DNA of 59,995 bases, filler included. It is 9 parts of 9 records of this genome, joined end to end, with 100 filler letters (N's around TTAATTAATTAA, not from the genome) between each part and the next. Parts side by side here need not be neighbours in the genome. Positions count along the whole stretch, not along the records: positions 5,388 to 12,281 come from SRR31147125_45708; positions 12,382 to 18,983 come from SRR31147125_45714; positions 19,084 to 27,074 come from SRR31147125_45739; 6 more parts are not named here. One strand, 5' to 3'. A program made the translations under genes and the position numbers. This document shows positions 10,701 to 20,717 of this stretch, in pieces. The number at the start of each line of letters is the position of its first letter. Position 1 is the first letter of the stretch. The notes under the pieces are model-generated. The model made no database searches and was not told the DNA's origin. It saw only the letters and a program-made list of their open reading frames with translations.

Positions 10701-11675
10701 ATGAAAAATGCTCTCTCAACAATAGTACTTCTTTTACTCTTTTCTTGCTCTCTACTAGCCCGTGACGGAGACGGCGGTTATGCCGGCGCCTTTTTACGAA
10801 TGGGTATTGGCGCCAGAGCCAAAGCACTTGGTGACGCTCATACAGCCATTCCGGAAGGTGCTATTTCAGCTATTTATAATCCAGCCTTGTTACCGCACCT
10901 GAAAAACAGGCAACTTGCTTTGTCTGTTGCTTTTTTGCCTCTGGATAGAAAGTTAAATTATATTGGCTATGCGCAATCTCTTAATCCTCCTGTGGGTAAA
11001 GATGAGGAAGAAATACCCTTAAAAGCAGGCTTTGCTTTGGCATGGATTCATGCTGGCGTGGATGATATTGACGGCCGGGATGGAAGCGGTAATCCCATAG
11101 GCGAGTTCTCGAATTCTGAAAATGCCTTTTATCTCTCCTTTGCCCTGAGTCCTTCACCTCTATTTTCCATAGGCGTCAGTGGGAAGGTCTTGTACAATCG
11201 CTTTCCGGGCATTGCACAGGAGGACAAAGCTGTCACGTCCACCGGATTTGGTCTGGATGTAGGTGCTTATCTGACACCCATAAAAAACCTTATGTTCGGC
11301 ATTGCACTACGGGATAATAATTCAAAATACACCTGGAACACCGGAGATTTGTGGGATCTGGGAACCAGTACCACATATAAATTCCCCAAAATTTTCCGCG
11401 GTGCCATTGCCTGGAGAATTCCTCAGGAATGGCTTTTGCTGACAGCTGAAATTGAAGACAGCGAAAAACAGTTACGCCGATATCATGTTGGCGCTGAATT
11501 CTCATATAAACATATGGGAGCCATCAGGATCGGTTACGATGAAAATCAACCCACATTTGGACTGGCACTGTTTGGTGACATTTTAGGCATGTCCTCCAGC
11601 ATTAATTACGCATTTGGTTCGGAGGAGAGTGGTGCCGGAACTCAACATATATTCACCTGGGACTTTAACCTGTAA
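10701..11675 (+). CDS. PorV/UPF0164-family outer-membrane beta-barrel
   Basis: AFLRMGIGARAKALGDA...YNPA motif, alternating beta strands, and an aromatic C-terminus (WDFNL). Confidence 0.8.
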   Translation: MKNALSTIVLLLLFSCSLLARDGDGGYAGAFLRMGIGARAKALGDAHTAIPEGAISAIYNPALLPHLKNRQLALSVAFLPLDRKLNYIGYAQSLNPPVGKDEEEIPLKAGFALAWIHAGVDDIDGRDGSGNPIGEFSNSENAFYLSFALSPSPLFSIGVSGKVLYNRFPGIAQEDKAVTSTGFGLDVGAYLTPIKNLMFGIALRDNNSKYTWNTGDLWDLGTSTTYKFPKIFRGAIAWRIPQEWLLLTAEIEDSEKQLRRYHVGAEFSYKHMGAIRIGYDENQPTFGLALFGDILGMSSSINYAFGSEESGAGTQHIFTWDFNL

Positions 11676-11686
11676 AGAGTTTATAA

Positions 11687-12281
11687 ATGAAAAAGAAATT
11701 TAGCTTACTTGTCGCTCTTTTAATTATGGCTGTTTGGCAAAATGGCTTTTCCGCGGGAAATACCGGTTTGGCTTTTCTGAGAATGGGCGCGGATGCGCGA
11801 TCCTCAGCAATGGGTGAAGCGGCAGTGGCTGTTTCAGACAATGCGTCTGCCGTTTTTTGGAATCCTGCCAATAGTGCCTGGCTCAGTCAACGCCAGGCTC
11901 ATCTCACGCATAACGAATGGATTCAGGGCATAAACAATGAAATCGCCAGTATCATTTTACCCTTTTCCAAAGGGGCTATTGGCTTAAATGCCATACTGAC
12001 CAGCGTGGATGGATTTGAACGCCGGGTATATGCAACAGAAGAGCCTCTTGACGAATTTTCAGCGCATGATTTCTCTCTCGGACTCACTTTTGCGAAAATG
12101 GTAGGAGAACAACTTTCTTTCGGTGTTACGGCAAAATTTATCAATGAAAAAATTTATATCAATAATGCCAGCGGCTATGCTTTGGATTTCGGAATGCGTT
12201 ATTATCTTAAAAATCCAGGCGTATATGTCGGAGCAGCGCTTCAAAACCTGGGTTCGGTATCCGAACTCTCTGAGGAAAAAA
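11687..12281 (+). CDS. PorV-family protein (3'-truncated)
   Basis: Motifs AFLRMGADARSSAMGEA...FWNPA, ALDFG and QNLG. Confidence 0.85.
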
Positions 12282-12381
12282 NNNNNNNNNNNNNNNNNNN
12301 NNNNNNNNNNNNNNNNNNNNNNNNNTTAATTAATTAANNNNNNNNNNNNNNNNNNNNNNNNNNNNNNNNNNNNNNNNNNNN

Positions 12382-14665
12382 TGATGGAATTGTAATTGTT
12401 CATATTCAATCAAAGCAGATATGCTTCGCAAATAGGCTTTGGCTAAAAATTATGGGATATAAGGCATCTGACCTGGTAGATTTTAAAGTTAAAGATTGTC
12501 ATCCTGAGGGGTTTAAGAGAAAGGGCGTAAGTATTTTTAATGGGTTGGCTAGTGGTAAAATATCTTATGCAGAGAAGGTTCTGTTTGTCAGCAAAAAGGG
12601 AAAGGAATCATATATTAATGTCTCTGGTATTCCGATGAATATAGCAGGAGAGGATTATCTGTTAGCAATTTTTAATGATGTTACAGATGAAATTCATGCT
12701 CAGGAGAAACTTGAAAAAGCTAAGGAGTTTTCAGATCTTATTTTAGAGGTTACACCAAGTGCAGTTTTTACCATTGATACAAAACGAAGGGTTGTAAATT
12801 GGAATAAAAAAGCTGAAGAGTTGACGGGTTATACTAAAGCGGAAGTTATGGGAAAAAAATGCTCGATCTTTGCTGGGGAACCCTGTTCTGAAAAATGTGG
12901 TCTTTTTAATGGGATAGCCGCAAAACCTATTAAAAATCGTGAATGTCAAATTCGAACTAAAGACGGAAGGATATTGTTTGTTAGTAAGAATGCAGATTAT
13001 TTGAGAGATGAAAAGGGGAGGATAATTGGTGGGATTGAGTCATTTCAAGATTTAACAGATAGGGTTAAGGCTGAGCAAGCATTAAGAGATTCAGAGAAGA
13101 GGTTTAAAGAGGTTGTTGAAAATGCAAAAGAGTGGGTTTGGGAGGTTGATATCGATGGTGTGTATACTTATGCGAGTTCAGTTGTTAAAGATATTTTAGG
13201 TTATAGCCCTGTAGAGATTGTTGGAAAGAAAACTTTCTATGATTCATTTCACAATGAAGATAGTGAAAAGTTAATGAAAATTACTGCAAAATATATGCGT
13301 AAAAAAGAATCTTTTAAAAATTTCATTAATAGAAATACCCATAAAGATGGTTCTGAAGTTTGGCTTTCTACAAGCGGTGTTCCGGTTTATGATTTAAGCG
13401 GTAAAATTGCTGGTTACAGAGGTGTTGATACAGACATTACAGAGCAGGTGAAAGCGGAGAAAGAGTTGAGAAAATACGCGGAAAACTTGGAGAGGCTTAA
13501 TGATAATTTGCGAGAGACGATGAATCTTGTCCAAGAAAAGGATCAGCGCCTCTTTAATTCCAATGAGGAGTTAGAAGTAACTAGAGATGAATTAGAGGTC
13601 ATGCTCCATGAGGTTGAAGCTCAGAGACAGTTTATATCTGAAGAGAGAGATCGATTGAGTGCTATTTTTGAAAAGATGGGTGATGGTATCATCATGGTTG
13701 ATAGTCAAAGGAAGGTTCAGTTAGCAAATGACAGGGTTAGAAAACTTTTAGGCTTTGATTCAACTGATACTATTCCTGAAGATTGCTTGGATGTTTTTGT
13801 CGGTAAGTTGTGGAAGGGGCTTGATAAAAGTAAGGATGTTTTCGCAAAAGTAGAAATCGAAATTAAAGATCCTAAATATACTGTCTTGATGGTCAGTGTG
13901 GCTAGGATTTTGGGTGGGCCGGAGCAGGGCGGTTTTATAGGCGTTGTGAGAGATATTACGCATGAAAAAGAGATTGAACAGATGAAGTCGGATTTTGTGG
14001 CCAATGTTGTCCATGATCTCAGGTCGCCAATGGCACCTATGAAAGAGACAATCTCTTTAATGAAAGATGGTATGACAGGACCTTTGACCGAGCAGCAGGA
14101 AAAGTTTTTATCTATATTAGATAATAATGTCGATAGGCTACTAAGGCTTGTTAGTGAATTGTTAGATCTTTCTAAGATTGAGGCGGGAAAAATAGAGCTT
14201 AAAAAAGAAGATATTAATATCGTTAAGCTCGTTAATGATGTTTATGAATCCGTTGATGCTTTTGCTGTTAAAAAGAAAATTGAATTGCTTATCAAGAGTT
14301 CCGAAGAAGAGGTCATTATATGTTGTGATAATGATTTGATCACTCAGGTTGCCTTTAATCTTATTACAAACGCAATCAAGTTCACGCCTGATGGAGGTAA
14401 AATTAGTCTTGGCGTTTCAATAGAAGAAGGTAAACAAAAAAAATATGTTGTTATTTCTGTAAGTGATACAGGCCCAGGTATTTCCAAAGATAATATTAAG
14501 ATCTTGTTTGATAGATATAAACAGTTGTCGTCTACAGCTAGACTGAAAGGGTCGGGTTTAGGTTTGGCAATTTCCAAGGCTATTGTTGAATTGCATAGTG
14601 GTGATATTTGGGTTGAGTCAGAAGTTGGAAAAGGAAGTTCTTTTAAGTTTAGATTGCCAGCATAA
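12382..14665 (+). CDS. Multi-PAS sensor histidine kinase (5'-truncated)
   Basis: Several PAS/PAC repeats, a coiled coil, H-box HDLRSP, N-box NLITNAIKF, DTGPGI and GSGLGL. Confidence 0.93.
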
Positions 14666-14689
14666 TTAATAGGCACAGGAGTTTAATAA

Positions 14690-15589
14690 GTGAAAATAAC
14701 AGATCACCCTTCTTGGATAAAATTGCTTACAAAGATGCATGATGAAAAAGGGGTCGATTTCACACAATATAAAGATTCAACATTGCAAAGACGTGTTGTT
14801 TCGCGTTTTAAAAGATGTAATGTCTCTTCAATATCAGAGTATTGTAGGTATGTTGAAAGAAACCCTGATGAGATTAATGAATTATTAGATTCAATTACCA
14901 TAAATGTTACGGAATATTTTAGGAATCCAGAAAGTTTTAAAGCAATTGATAGCTATGTAGTTCCTAGGGTTTTGGTCGCTAAGAATGAGAAGCGACATAA
15001 GATTATTAGGGTTTGGAGTTGTGGTTGTTCAAGTGGTGATGAGCCTTACTCGATTGCGATTTTGCTATCTGAAAAATTAAAGGAATCTATTGATAAGTTT
15101 TCGATAACAATTGTTGGAACAGATATTGATAGAAGGGTTATAAGACAAGCTAGAGATATGATTTATTCGAAAGAGCGTTTGAAAGCAGTAAGTTCGATTA
15201 TATTAGAAAAATATTTTGAGAAGATTGGAGCTTCTGAATATCAACTCAAAGACAATGTTAAGCGTATGGTAAGATTTCGCTATCTGGATATTGTGAAAGA
15301 TAAGCCCCTATTGCATTGCGATATTATTTTGTGTAGAAATTTGTTGATATACTTCAATAAGTCTCTTCAAGAGGAGATTTTACTTAAGCTATTCGAGTCT
15401 CTAAATCCAGGTGGTTTTCTTGTCCTTGGGATGGTTGAGTCGTTAATAGGTTCTGCAAATGATCATTTTGAGACTGTTGATAATAGACTCAGAATTTATA
15501 GAAGGCCAGAGGTTGCTTCTTCAGATAATGGTGCTATTATGTCTCAGGATGATATAGATAATATAGTTAGTAATATGCTTGAAAAATAA
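14690..15589 (+). CDS. cheR: CheR-type protein-glutamate O-methyltransferase
   Basis: Motifs TINVTEYFRN, WSCGCSSGDEPYS, GTDID and CRNLLIYF. Confidence 0.92.
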   Translation: MKITDHPSWIKLLTKMHDEKGVDFTQYKDSTLQRRVVSRFKRCNVSSISEYCRYVERNPDEINELLDSITINVTEYFRNPESFKAIDSYVVPRVLVAKNEKRHKIIRVWSCGCSSGDEPYSIAILLSEKLKESIDKFSITIVGTDIDRRVIRQARDMIYSKERLKAVSSIILEKYFEKIGASEYQLKDNVKRMVRFRYLDIVKDKPLLHCDIILCRNLLIYFNKSLQEEILLKLFESLNPGGFLVLGMVESLIGSANDHFETVDNRLRIYRRPEVASSDNGAIMSQDDIDNIVSNMLEK

Positions 15590-15609
15590 TTCTGATTAAG
15601 GAAATGTAA

Positions 15610-15977
15610 ATGAAGAAAAAATACTTATTATAGATGATGAAAAAGATTTGGTTGAAACCCTGACTTATAGATTAGAGGCTACAGGTTATGAAGTTCTTTC
15701 TGCCTTTGATGGTCATGAAGGCTTGAATGTCGCTAAGATGGAGCACCCAGACATAATACTCTTGGATATTATGATGCCAAGGATGGACGGATATCAGGTT
15801 TGTAGAATGCTTAAAGCCGATCAAGAATATCGGAATATCCCTATAGTTATGCTGACTGCAAGAGGACAGGGGTCAGATAAAGATACAGGTAAGGATGTTG
15901 GAGCTGATGAATATGTTGTCAAACCATTTGAAGCCAAAGATTTGCTAAAGGTTATCGAACGCCTACTACCTGTTTAA
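15610..15977 (+). CDS. Single-domain response regulator (frameshift in the A-run just after ATG 15610)
   Basis: Adding one A gives MKKKILIIDDEKDLV. Motifs LLDIMMP, LTA and KPF are present. Confidence 0.9.
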
Positions 15978-15991
15978 AAATTGGAGGGGTT

Positions 15992-16363
15992 ATGAGTAGT
16001 AAATCAAGAAAAAGAAAGATAGAGATTATCATTCTTGTTTTAGTTATAGTTGTTGGAGCTGTCTTTGTTGGGGCCAGATTTCATATGCAATCTAAGCTAG
16101 CCAAGGAAGAGGCTCTGATGGATCAATTACAGGCGGTTCGTACATCGGTTCAGCTCTATTTGACTATGAATAGAGCAGTGCCAAGAGATTTGAAGGTTTT
16201 ATCCGTTGAGAATTACACTCTTGGAGATTCGAAAAATCAATATTTAACCGGTGTAAATGTAGATAGGGATGGCTATCCTGTTGATATTTTTGGAAATAGA
16301 TTTGGATATGATGGAAAAAATGGAAAAGTTCAGTCTGTTACCAAGGGTTACATGGATTGGTAG
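15992..16363 (+). CDS. Pilin/pseudopilin-like single-TM protein
   Basis: Basic N-terminus, hydrophobic helix IEIIILVLVIVV, amphipathic KEEALMDQLQAVRTSVQLY, and a DIFGNRFGY motif as in GspG-like proteins. Confidence 0.55.
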   Translation: MSSKSRKRKIEIIILVLVIVVGAVFVGARFHMQSKLAKEEALMDQLQAVRTSVQLYLTMNRAVPRDLKVLSVENYTLGDSKNQYLTGVNVDRDGYPVDIFGNRFGYDGKNGKVQSVTKGYMDW

Positions 16364-16418
16364 TCTTAATGTTAAAATGATTTCTATTTAGAAAGTAAGA
16401 AATCTTTGAGGGGTGGAG

Positions 16419-17567
16419 ATGAAAACAACCTTTTACTCTCTTTGTTCTCTTCTTTTAATTATTTTTTGTTTGTCTCAGTTGAGCTGTGGGCCTGGAAACA
16501 GTGCTGTTACAACATCTGGAGCGATAGGGATAGGTGCTGGTTCAAGTCATTCTCTCGGGATAAAAAATACAAATAGAGCTTATGGTTGGGGTAGAAATGA
16601 TGAAGGTCAGTTAGGAGATGGGACTACAACGGATAGCGAAACACCTGTTCAAGTTAGTACCATCACAAGCGTTGGGCAAGTGGTTGGTGGTATGTTTCAT
16701 AGTTTAGCTCTTGTGAATAGTGGCTATGTTTATGGGTTTGGCAGAAATGATTATGGTCAACTAGGAGATGGGACTACAACGGATCGCTCGACACCTGTTA
16801 AGGTTTGGGCGTTTACTGATGGTTCAGTTGTAGCAGCGGGAGCCTATCACTCTTTTTGTATCAAGAGTACTGGCATTGTATGGGGTTGGGGTAGAAATAA
16901 TTATGGTCAGCTAGGAAATTCAACGAAAACAAATAGTAGTAAACCTGTTATGGTTAATGGTTTGACGGGCATTACAGATGTCTCTGCCGGTGATTACCAC
17001 TCGATTTTCCTTAAATCTAATGCTACGATTTACACGACTGGTAGGAACACATATGGTCAGCTAGGGGATGGGACTACTACAGATAAATCAACTCCAGCAT
17101 TGGTTAGTGGTGTAACAGGGGTTACAGCAGTGGCTGCTGGTTCTGAGCATACTTTAGTATTGAAAAGTGGTTTGGTTTATGCGTTTGGTAGAAATAACTA
17201 TGGGCAACTTGGAAATAATACAACAACTGATAGTTCAACGGCTGTCCTTGTTACTGGGCTTACCGGTGTTGTTGCAATAGCGGCAGGTGAATCTCATTCA
17301 ATGGCTCTAAAGGGCGATGGTACAGTTTGGGCTTGGGGATCAAATAGTTTTGGGCAGTTGGGTAATAATTCAACAACTAATAGCTCCGTTCCTGTCCAAG
17401 TATCAAGCTTGTCCAGTGTAGATTATATTGCCTGTGGAGATTATCATTCGGTTGCTCTAAAGAGTGATAGAAAAATCTGGGCATGGGGCCAAAATAATGA
17501 TGGCCAATTAGGCGATAATACAACGACAGATAGCTCAGTTCCTGTACAGACGGATAGCCTGCCATAA
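16419..17567 (+). CDS. RCC1-repeat beta-propeller lipoprotein
   Basis: Lipobox LSC and seven [WFT]G.N..GQLG[DN].T....P repeats. Confidence 0.9.
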   Translation: MKTTFYSLCSLLLIIFCLSQLSCGPGNSAVTTSGAIGIGAGSSHSLGIKNTNRAYGWGRNDEGQLGDGTTTDSETPVQVSTITSVGQVVGGMFHSLALVNSGYVYGFGRNDYGQLGDGTTTDRSTPVKVWAFTDGSVVAAGAYHSFCIKSTGIVWGWGRNNYGQLGNSTKTNSSKPVMVNGLTGITDVSAGDYHSIFLKSNATIYTTGRNTYGQLGDGTTTDKSTPALVSGVTGVTAVAAGSEHTLVLKSGLVYAFGRNNYGQLGNNTTTDSSTAVLVTGLTGVVAIAAGESHSMALKGDGTVWAWGSNSFGQLGNNSTTNSSVPVQVSSLSSVDYIACGDYHSVALKSDRKIWAWGQNNDGQLGDNTTTDSSVPVQTDSLP

Positions 17568-17740
17568 ATTAAAGCCGGTATTACATTGATTTGTTTAATA
17601 AAATCCCGGATTTAGGTCTACCTTTCTTTTGTTCCTTTTTGTCAACAGTTTCTATTCAAACTGAGCTTAATTTTCTTGAACTAAATGTTTCAGGGTACTA
17701 GTTGTCAAGCTGTGTTATTAGACGTAAGCTTGGAGGATCT

Positions 17741-18862
17741 ATGTTGCGAAAAACATCATTTGTAGCTCTCTTTGTAATATCCACTCTATCATTTTTAATA
17801 AATCCAGCCCATGCAGATTTGGTTATCACTAGTCCTGGGCTCTATGATCTAAGTGGTGCGCATGGTTATGATGGAGCTGCTGGTTTTAGTGGGGTTGTGA
17901 ATGGTGAGCATGGGCACTATGGCGAAGATGGTCAGCATGGCGGTGATGCACAAGACGAAACAGTTATTATTAAAGCTTCCAACCATTCAGAGTCCATAAG
18001 AATAATGGCGTATGGAGGAGACGGGGGTATAGGTGGAAATGGTGGCCATGGTGGAAAAGGTTCAACAGATTTCTTTCCTTGTTTTTACATAGATGGTGGT
18101 AATGGCGGCGATGGTGGCTTTGGTGGTAATGGCGGCAATGGTGGAATAATTGATGTTGTCTACGAAGATCCGGCGGACCTGCAAAGAATTGTAGTTAATG
18201 TTTTTGGTGGTGAAGGTGGACACGGTGGTGATGCTGGTATTGGGGGCTCAGGTGGTATCTGTAGATACATTGATGGTTCCGTAATAATTGGTGGCGATGG
18301 TTTTGATGGTAGAGGTGGTGATGGTGGATATCAGGGTGAAGATGGATATCTAACTTTTTACTACTACGCTATTGCGGGTGACCCTGGTGGGGCGCATCAT
18401 CTAAATGGAAGAAAAGGGTCTAACGGTAAAGCTGGAAAGTCTGGATATAATGTCCTTTCTCAAGAGGCTTCTGCCGGTGATGGAGAGAGTGGTAGTCACG
18501 GTGAAAATGGGACTGATGCATTTGATTTGGTTTTAACAGTTGAAGATATAGATCGACCAATTACAATTGTAGCTATTGGAGGTGATGGTGGTAACGGGGG
18601 GCATGGCGGAAATGGTGGTATTGGACCAAATGGGGGAAAACCGGGTATTGGTGGTAATGCTGGCTCTGGCGGGAATGGTGGAAATGTGACTATCAGATAT
18701 TATGACCCCGCTGTATTGGATTTAATAAAGGTTTACAATAGAGGTGGAAAACCTGGAATCCCAGGTAATGGTGGAATTAAACCAAGTAGTAGTTTGCGAG
18801 GGAGTAAGGGAAAATATGGTCAAGAGGGTATAGCCGGCAAGACTGAATACGAACAACTATAA
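17741..18862 (+). CDS. Secreted glycine-rich (GGxGGx) repeat protein
   Basis: GGAGG RBS, signal peptide ending AHA, and alternating GGx/Gxx tracts and short beta strands in two internal repeats. Confidence 0.75.
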   Translation: MLRKTSFVALFVISTLSFLINPAHADLVITSPGLYDLSGAHGYDGAAGFSGVVNGEHGHYGEDGQHGGDAQDETVIIKASNHSESIRIMAYGGDGGIGGNGGHGGKGSTDFFPCFYIDGGNGGDGGFGGNGGNGGIIDVVYEDPADLQRIVVNVFGGEGGHGGDAGIGGSGGICRYIDGSVIIGGDGFDGRGGDGGYQGEDGYLTFYYYAIAGDPGGAHHLNGRKGSNGKAGKSGYNVLSQEASAGDGESGSHGENGTDAFDLVLTVEDIDRPITIVAIGGDGGNGGHGGNGGIGPNGGKPGIGGNAGSGGNGGNVTIRYYDPAVLDLIKVYNRGGKPGIPGNGGIKPSSSLRGSKGKYGQEGIAGKTEYEQL

Positions 18863-18882
18863 TATATACCTTTTCATCGCTT

Positions 18883-18923
18883 AACCCTATTACGCATTTT
18901 TACGATGTGTAATAGGGTTTTTT
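18883..18923 (+). terminator. Intrinsic terminator
   Basis: AACCCTATTACGCAT-loop-ATGTGTAATAGGGTT followed by a T-tract. Confidence 0.8.
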
Positions 18924-19083
18924 ACGTAGAATGCTTTTTGGAACTATACATAGATCCAGCGGAATAAAGCATAAGCTTTAAAANNNNNNNNNNNNNNNNN
19001 NNNNNNNNNNNNNNNNNNNNNNNNNNNTTAATTAATTAANNNNNNNNNNNNNNNNNNNNNNNNNNNNNNNNNNNNNNNNNNNN

Positions 19084-20487
19084 CCTGCTGGTGGTCCAAC
19101 CTGGGATCGGGATACAGATACCAAAATGACCCTGGTTAATGCCGCTGGTGATACACTTGCAGAAAATGATGATGCTACAGGAACATATTCAACCATCGCT
19201 CTGCAAATTCCCGAAGATGGAATGTACTATCTGATGGTTTATGGTTATTACAGCGCTACTAATGGTAAAACGAGTTCATTCAACGATCCAGGTGTTGGCG
19301 ATTATCTAATCAAAGTTGCCGGAACCATGACTGAGACGGAACCGAACAATATGGCTGCTGAGGCAAACTTTGTTCCCATATCTGACAACAATCTCGTTGA
19401 AGCTTCATTCGGCACGGATGATTTAGTGGACTGGTTTAAAGTAAGCCTGGAACCTGGAAAACTTTACTACTTTAGTACCACAGAATCCAAACTGGGTGAA
19501 GATATTGTGATTGAGATATTTGCGGCTGATAATACGGAAACCAATCTTGTCGACAATTCTCCTATGGGTCGCTTTGGTAGTGGTGATTTTAGAGTGAGTG
19601 GCTGGCAAGCACCAGCTGCTGGCGATTATCTGCTCAAATTAAGTGTTCCTGTTGGCGCAATTGATGATCAAAATATTGGTACTTATAAATTCAGAGCTGC
19701 TGGCGGAGAGGTTCTCGCGGAAGTGGAGACAATCCATGAACCGGATAATACGCTGCAACAAGCAATGGCTCAATCTGAACTTCCGACAGACGGAACGATG
19801 GTCGATGTTGCATTTGGAACCAATGATGATCATGATTTATTTGCCATCAATGGTGTTGAAGGGCAAACCTTAGAAGTTGTAACAGCACCGTCCCATGGTC
19901 CACGCTGGATCCGTGAACTGGATACAAAAATTCGAGTGTTACGCGATGACAGTACTGCAATGGCTGATAATGATGATTGGGATGACTGGTATGAACTTAA
20001 TTTTTATATGGGTGAAGTCAGTAATACCTATTCACGAGTTGTGATTGAAAGCTTGCCTTATACCGGAACATATTATGTTGATGCATTTCCATATTATGGT
20101 AACTATAATGGTAAAGAGCAGTCAATTGGTAACAATGCTATTGGTTCCTATAAAATTTGGGCCAAAATGCAGATGCCTACTGGTGTAGAAGGCGAAAATA
20201 ATTTACCAACACAATTCGCTTTAGAAAATAATTATCCAAATCCATTTAATCCGACAACGACTATTGAATATAGTTTAGCTAAATTGACGGATGTAAAGAT
20301 TACCATTTTCAACATTCGGGGTCAACGAGTAGCCACTCTCGTTAATGCAAGACAACCTCAGGGTGCTTACAGAATGGAATGGAATGCACGAGATGATTAT
20401 GGAAATCGGGTTTCCAGTGGTATGTATCTATACCGTATTGAAGCTGGTCACTTTGTAAAAACCAAGAAAATGTTACTCATGAAATAA
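19084..20487 (+). CDS. Multi-PPC-domain secreted protein with T9SS type A/FlgD-Ig C-terminal domain (5'-truncated)
   Basis: Repeated E.EP[ND]N, DTK..[LV] and NDD pre-peptidase-like modules, with C-terminal FALENNYPNPFNP...SSGMYLY...KKMLLMK. Confidence 0.8.
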   Translation, partial: PAGGPTWDRDTDTKMTLVNAAGDTLAENDDATGTYSTIALQIPEDGMYYLMVYGYYSATNGKTSSFNDPGVGDYLIKVAGTMTETEPNNMAAEANFVPISDNNLVEASFGTDDLVDWFKVSLEPGKLYYFSTTESKLGEDIVIEIFAADNTETNLVDNSPMGRFGSGDFRVSGWQAPAAGDYLLKLSVPVGAIDDQNIGTYKFRAAGGEVLAEVETIHEPDNTLQQAMAQSELPTDGTMVDVAFGTNDDHDLFAINGVEGQTLEVVTAPSHGPRWIRELDTKIRVLRDDSTAMADNDDWDDWYELNFYMGEVSNTYSRVVIESLPYTGTYYVDAFPYYGNYNGKEQSIGNNAIGSYKIWAKMQMPTGVEGENNLPTQFALENNYPNPFNPTTTIEYSLAKLTDVKITIFNIRGQRVATLVNARQPQGAYRMEWNARDDYGNRVSSGMYLYRIEAGHFVKTKKMLLMK

Positions 20488-20496
20488 GTTGAATTG

Positions 20497-20525
20497 TCCG
20501 GCATCCTTCATGGATGCCGGATTTT
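20497..20525 (+). terminator. Intrinsic terminator
   Basis: TCCGGCATCC-TTCAT-GGATGCCGGA followed by TTTT. Confidence 0.8.
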
Positions 20526-20563
20526 CCTGAATAAAATTTACTAATTATCTCCTATAGAATATC

Positions 20564-20581
20564 TGTGCACAATTGCTCACA
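20564..20581. promoter_or_regulatory. Near-palindromic candidate operator
   Basis: TGTGCACAATTGCTCACA (14/18 symmetric), upstream of the oxidoreductase operon. Confidence 0.3.
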
Positions 20582-20717
20582 ATAAAGTTTTATGATAGCA
20601 CCATCTTTTTTTTCACTTCAAGTTATCCTAATTATTTTTAATTATAGAGCATAAATATTGGGGATCATCCAATCAATTTATTGCTAAATTCTTGACAAAA
20701 AAAGACGAGTCACGTTT

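Noticed and set aside
16580-17540. Recurring GGTCAGTTAGGAGATGGGACTACAAC-like DNA repeats about 150 nt apart
   Set aside because: These are coding repeats of RCC1 blades within an ORF, not a CRISPR array.
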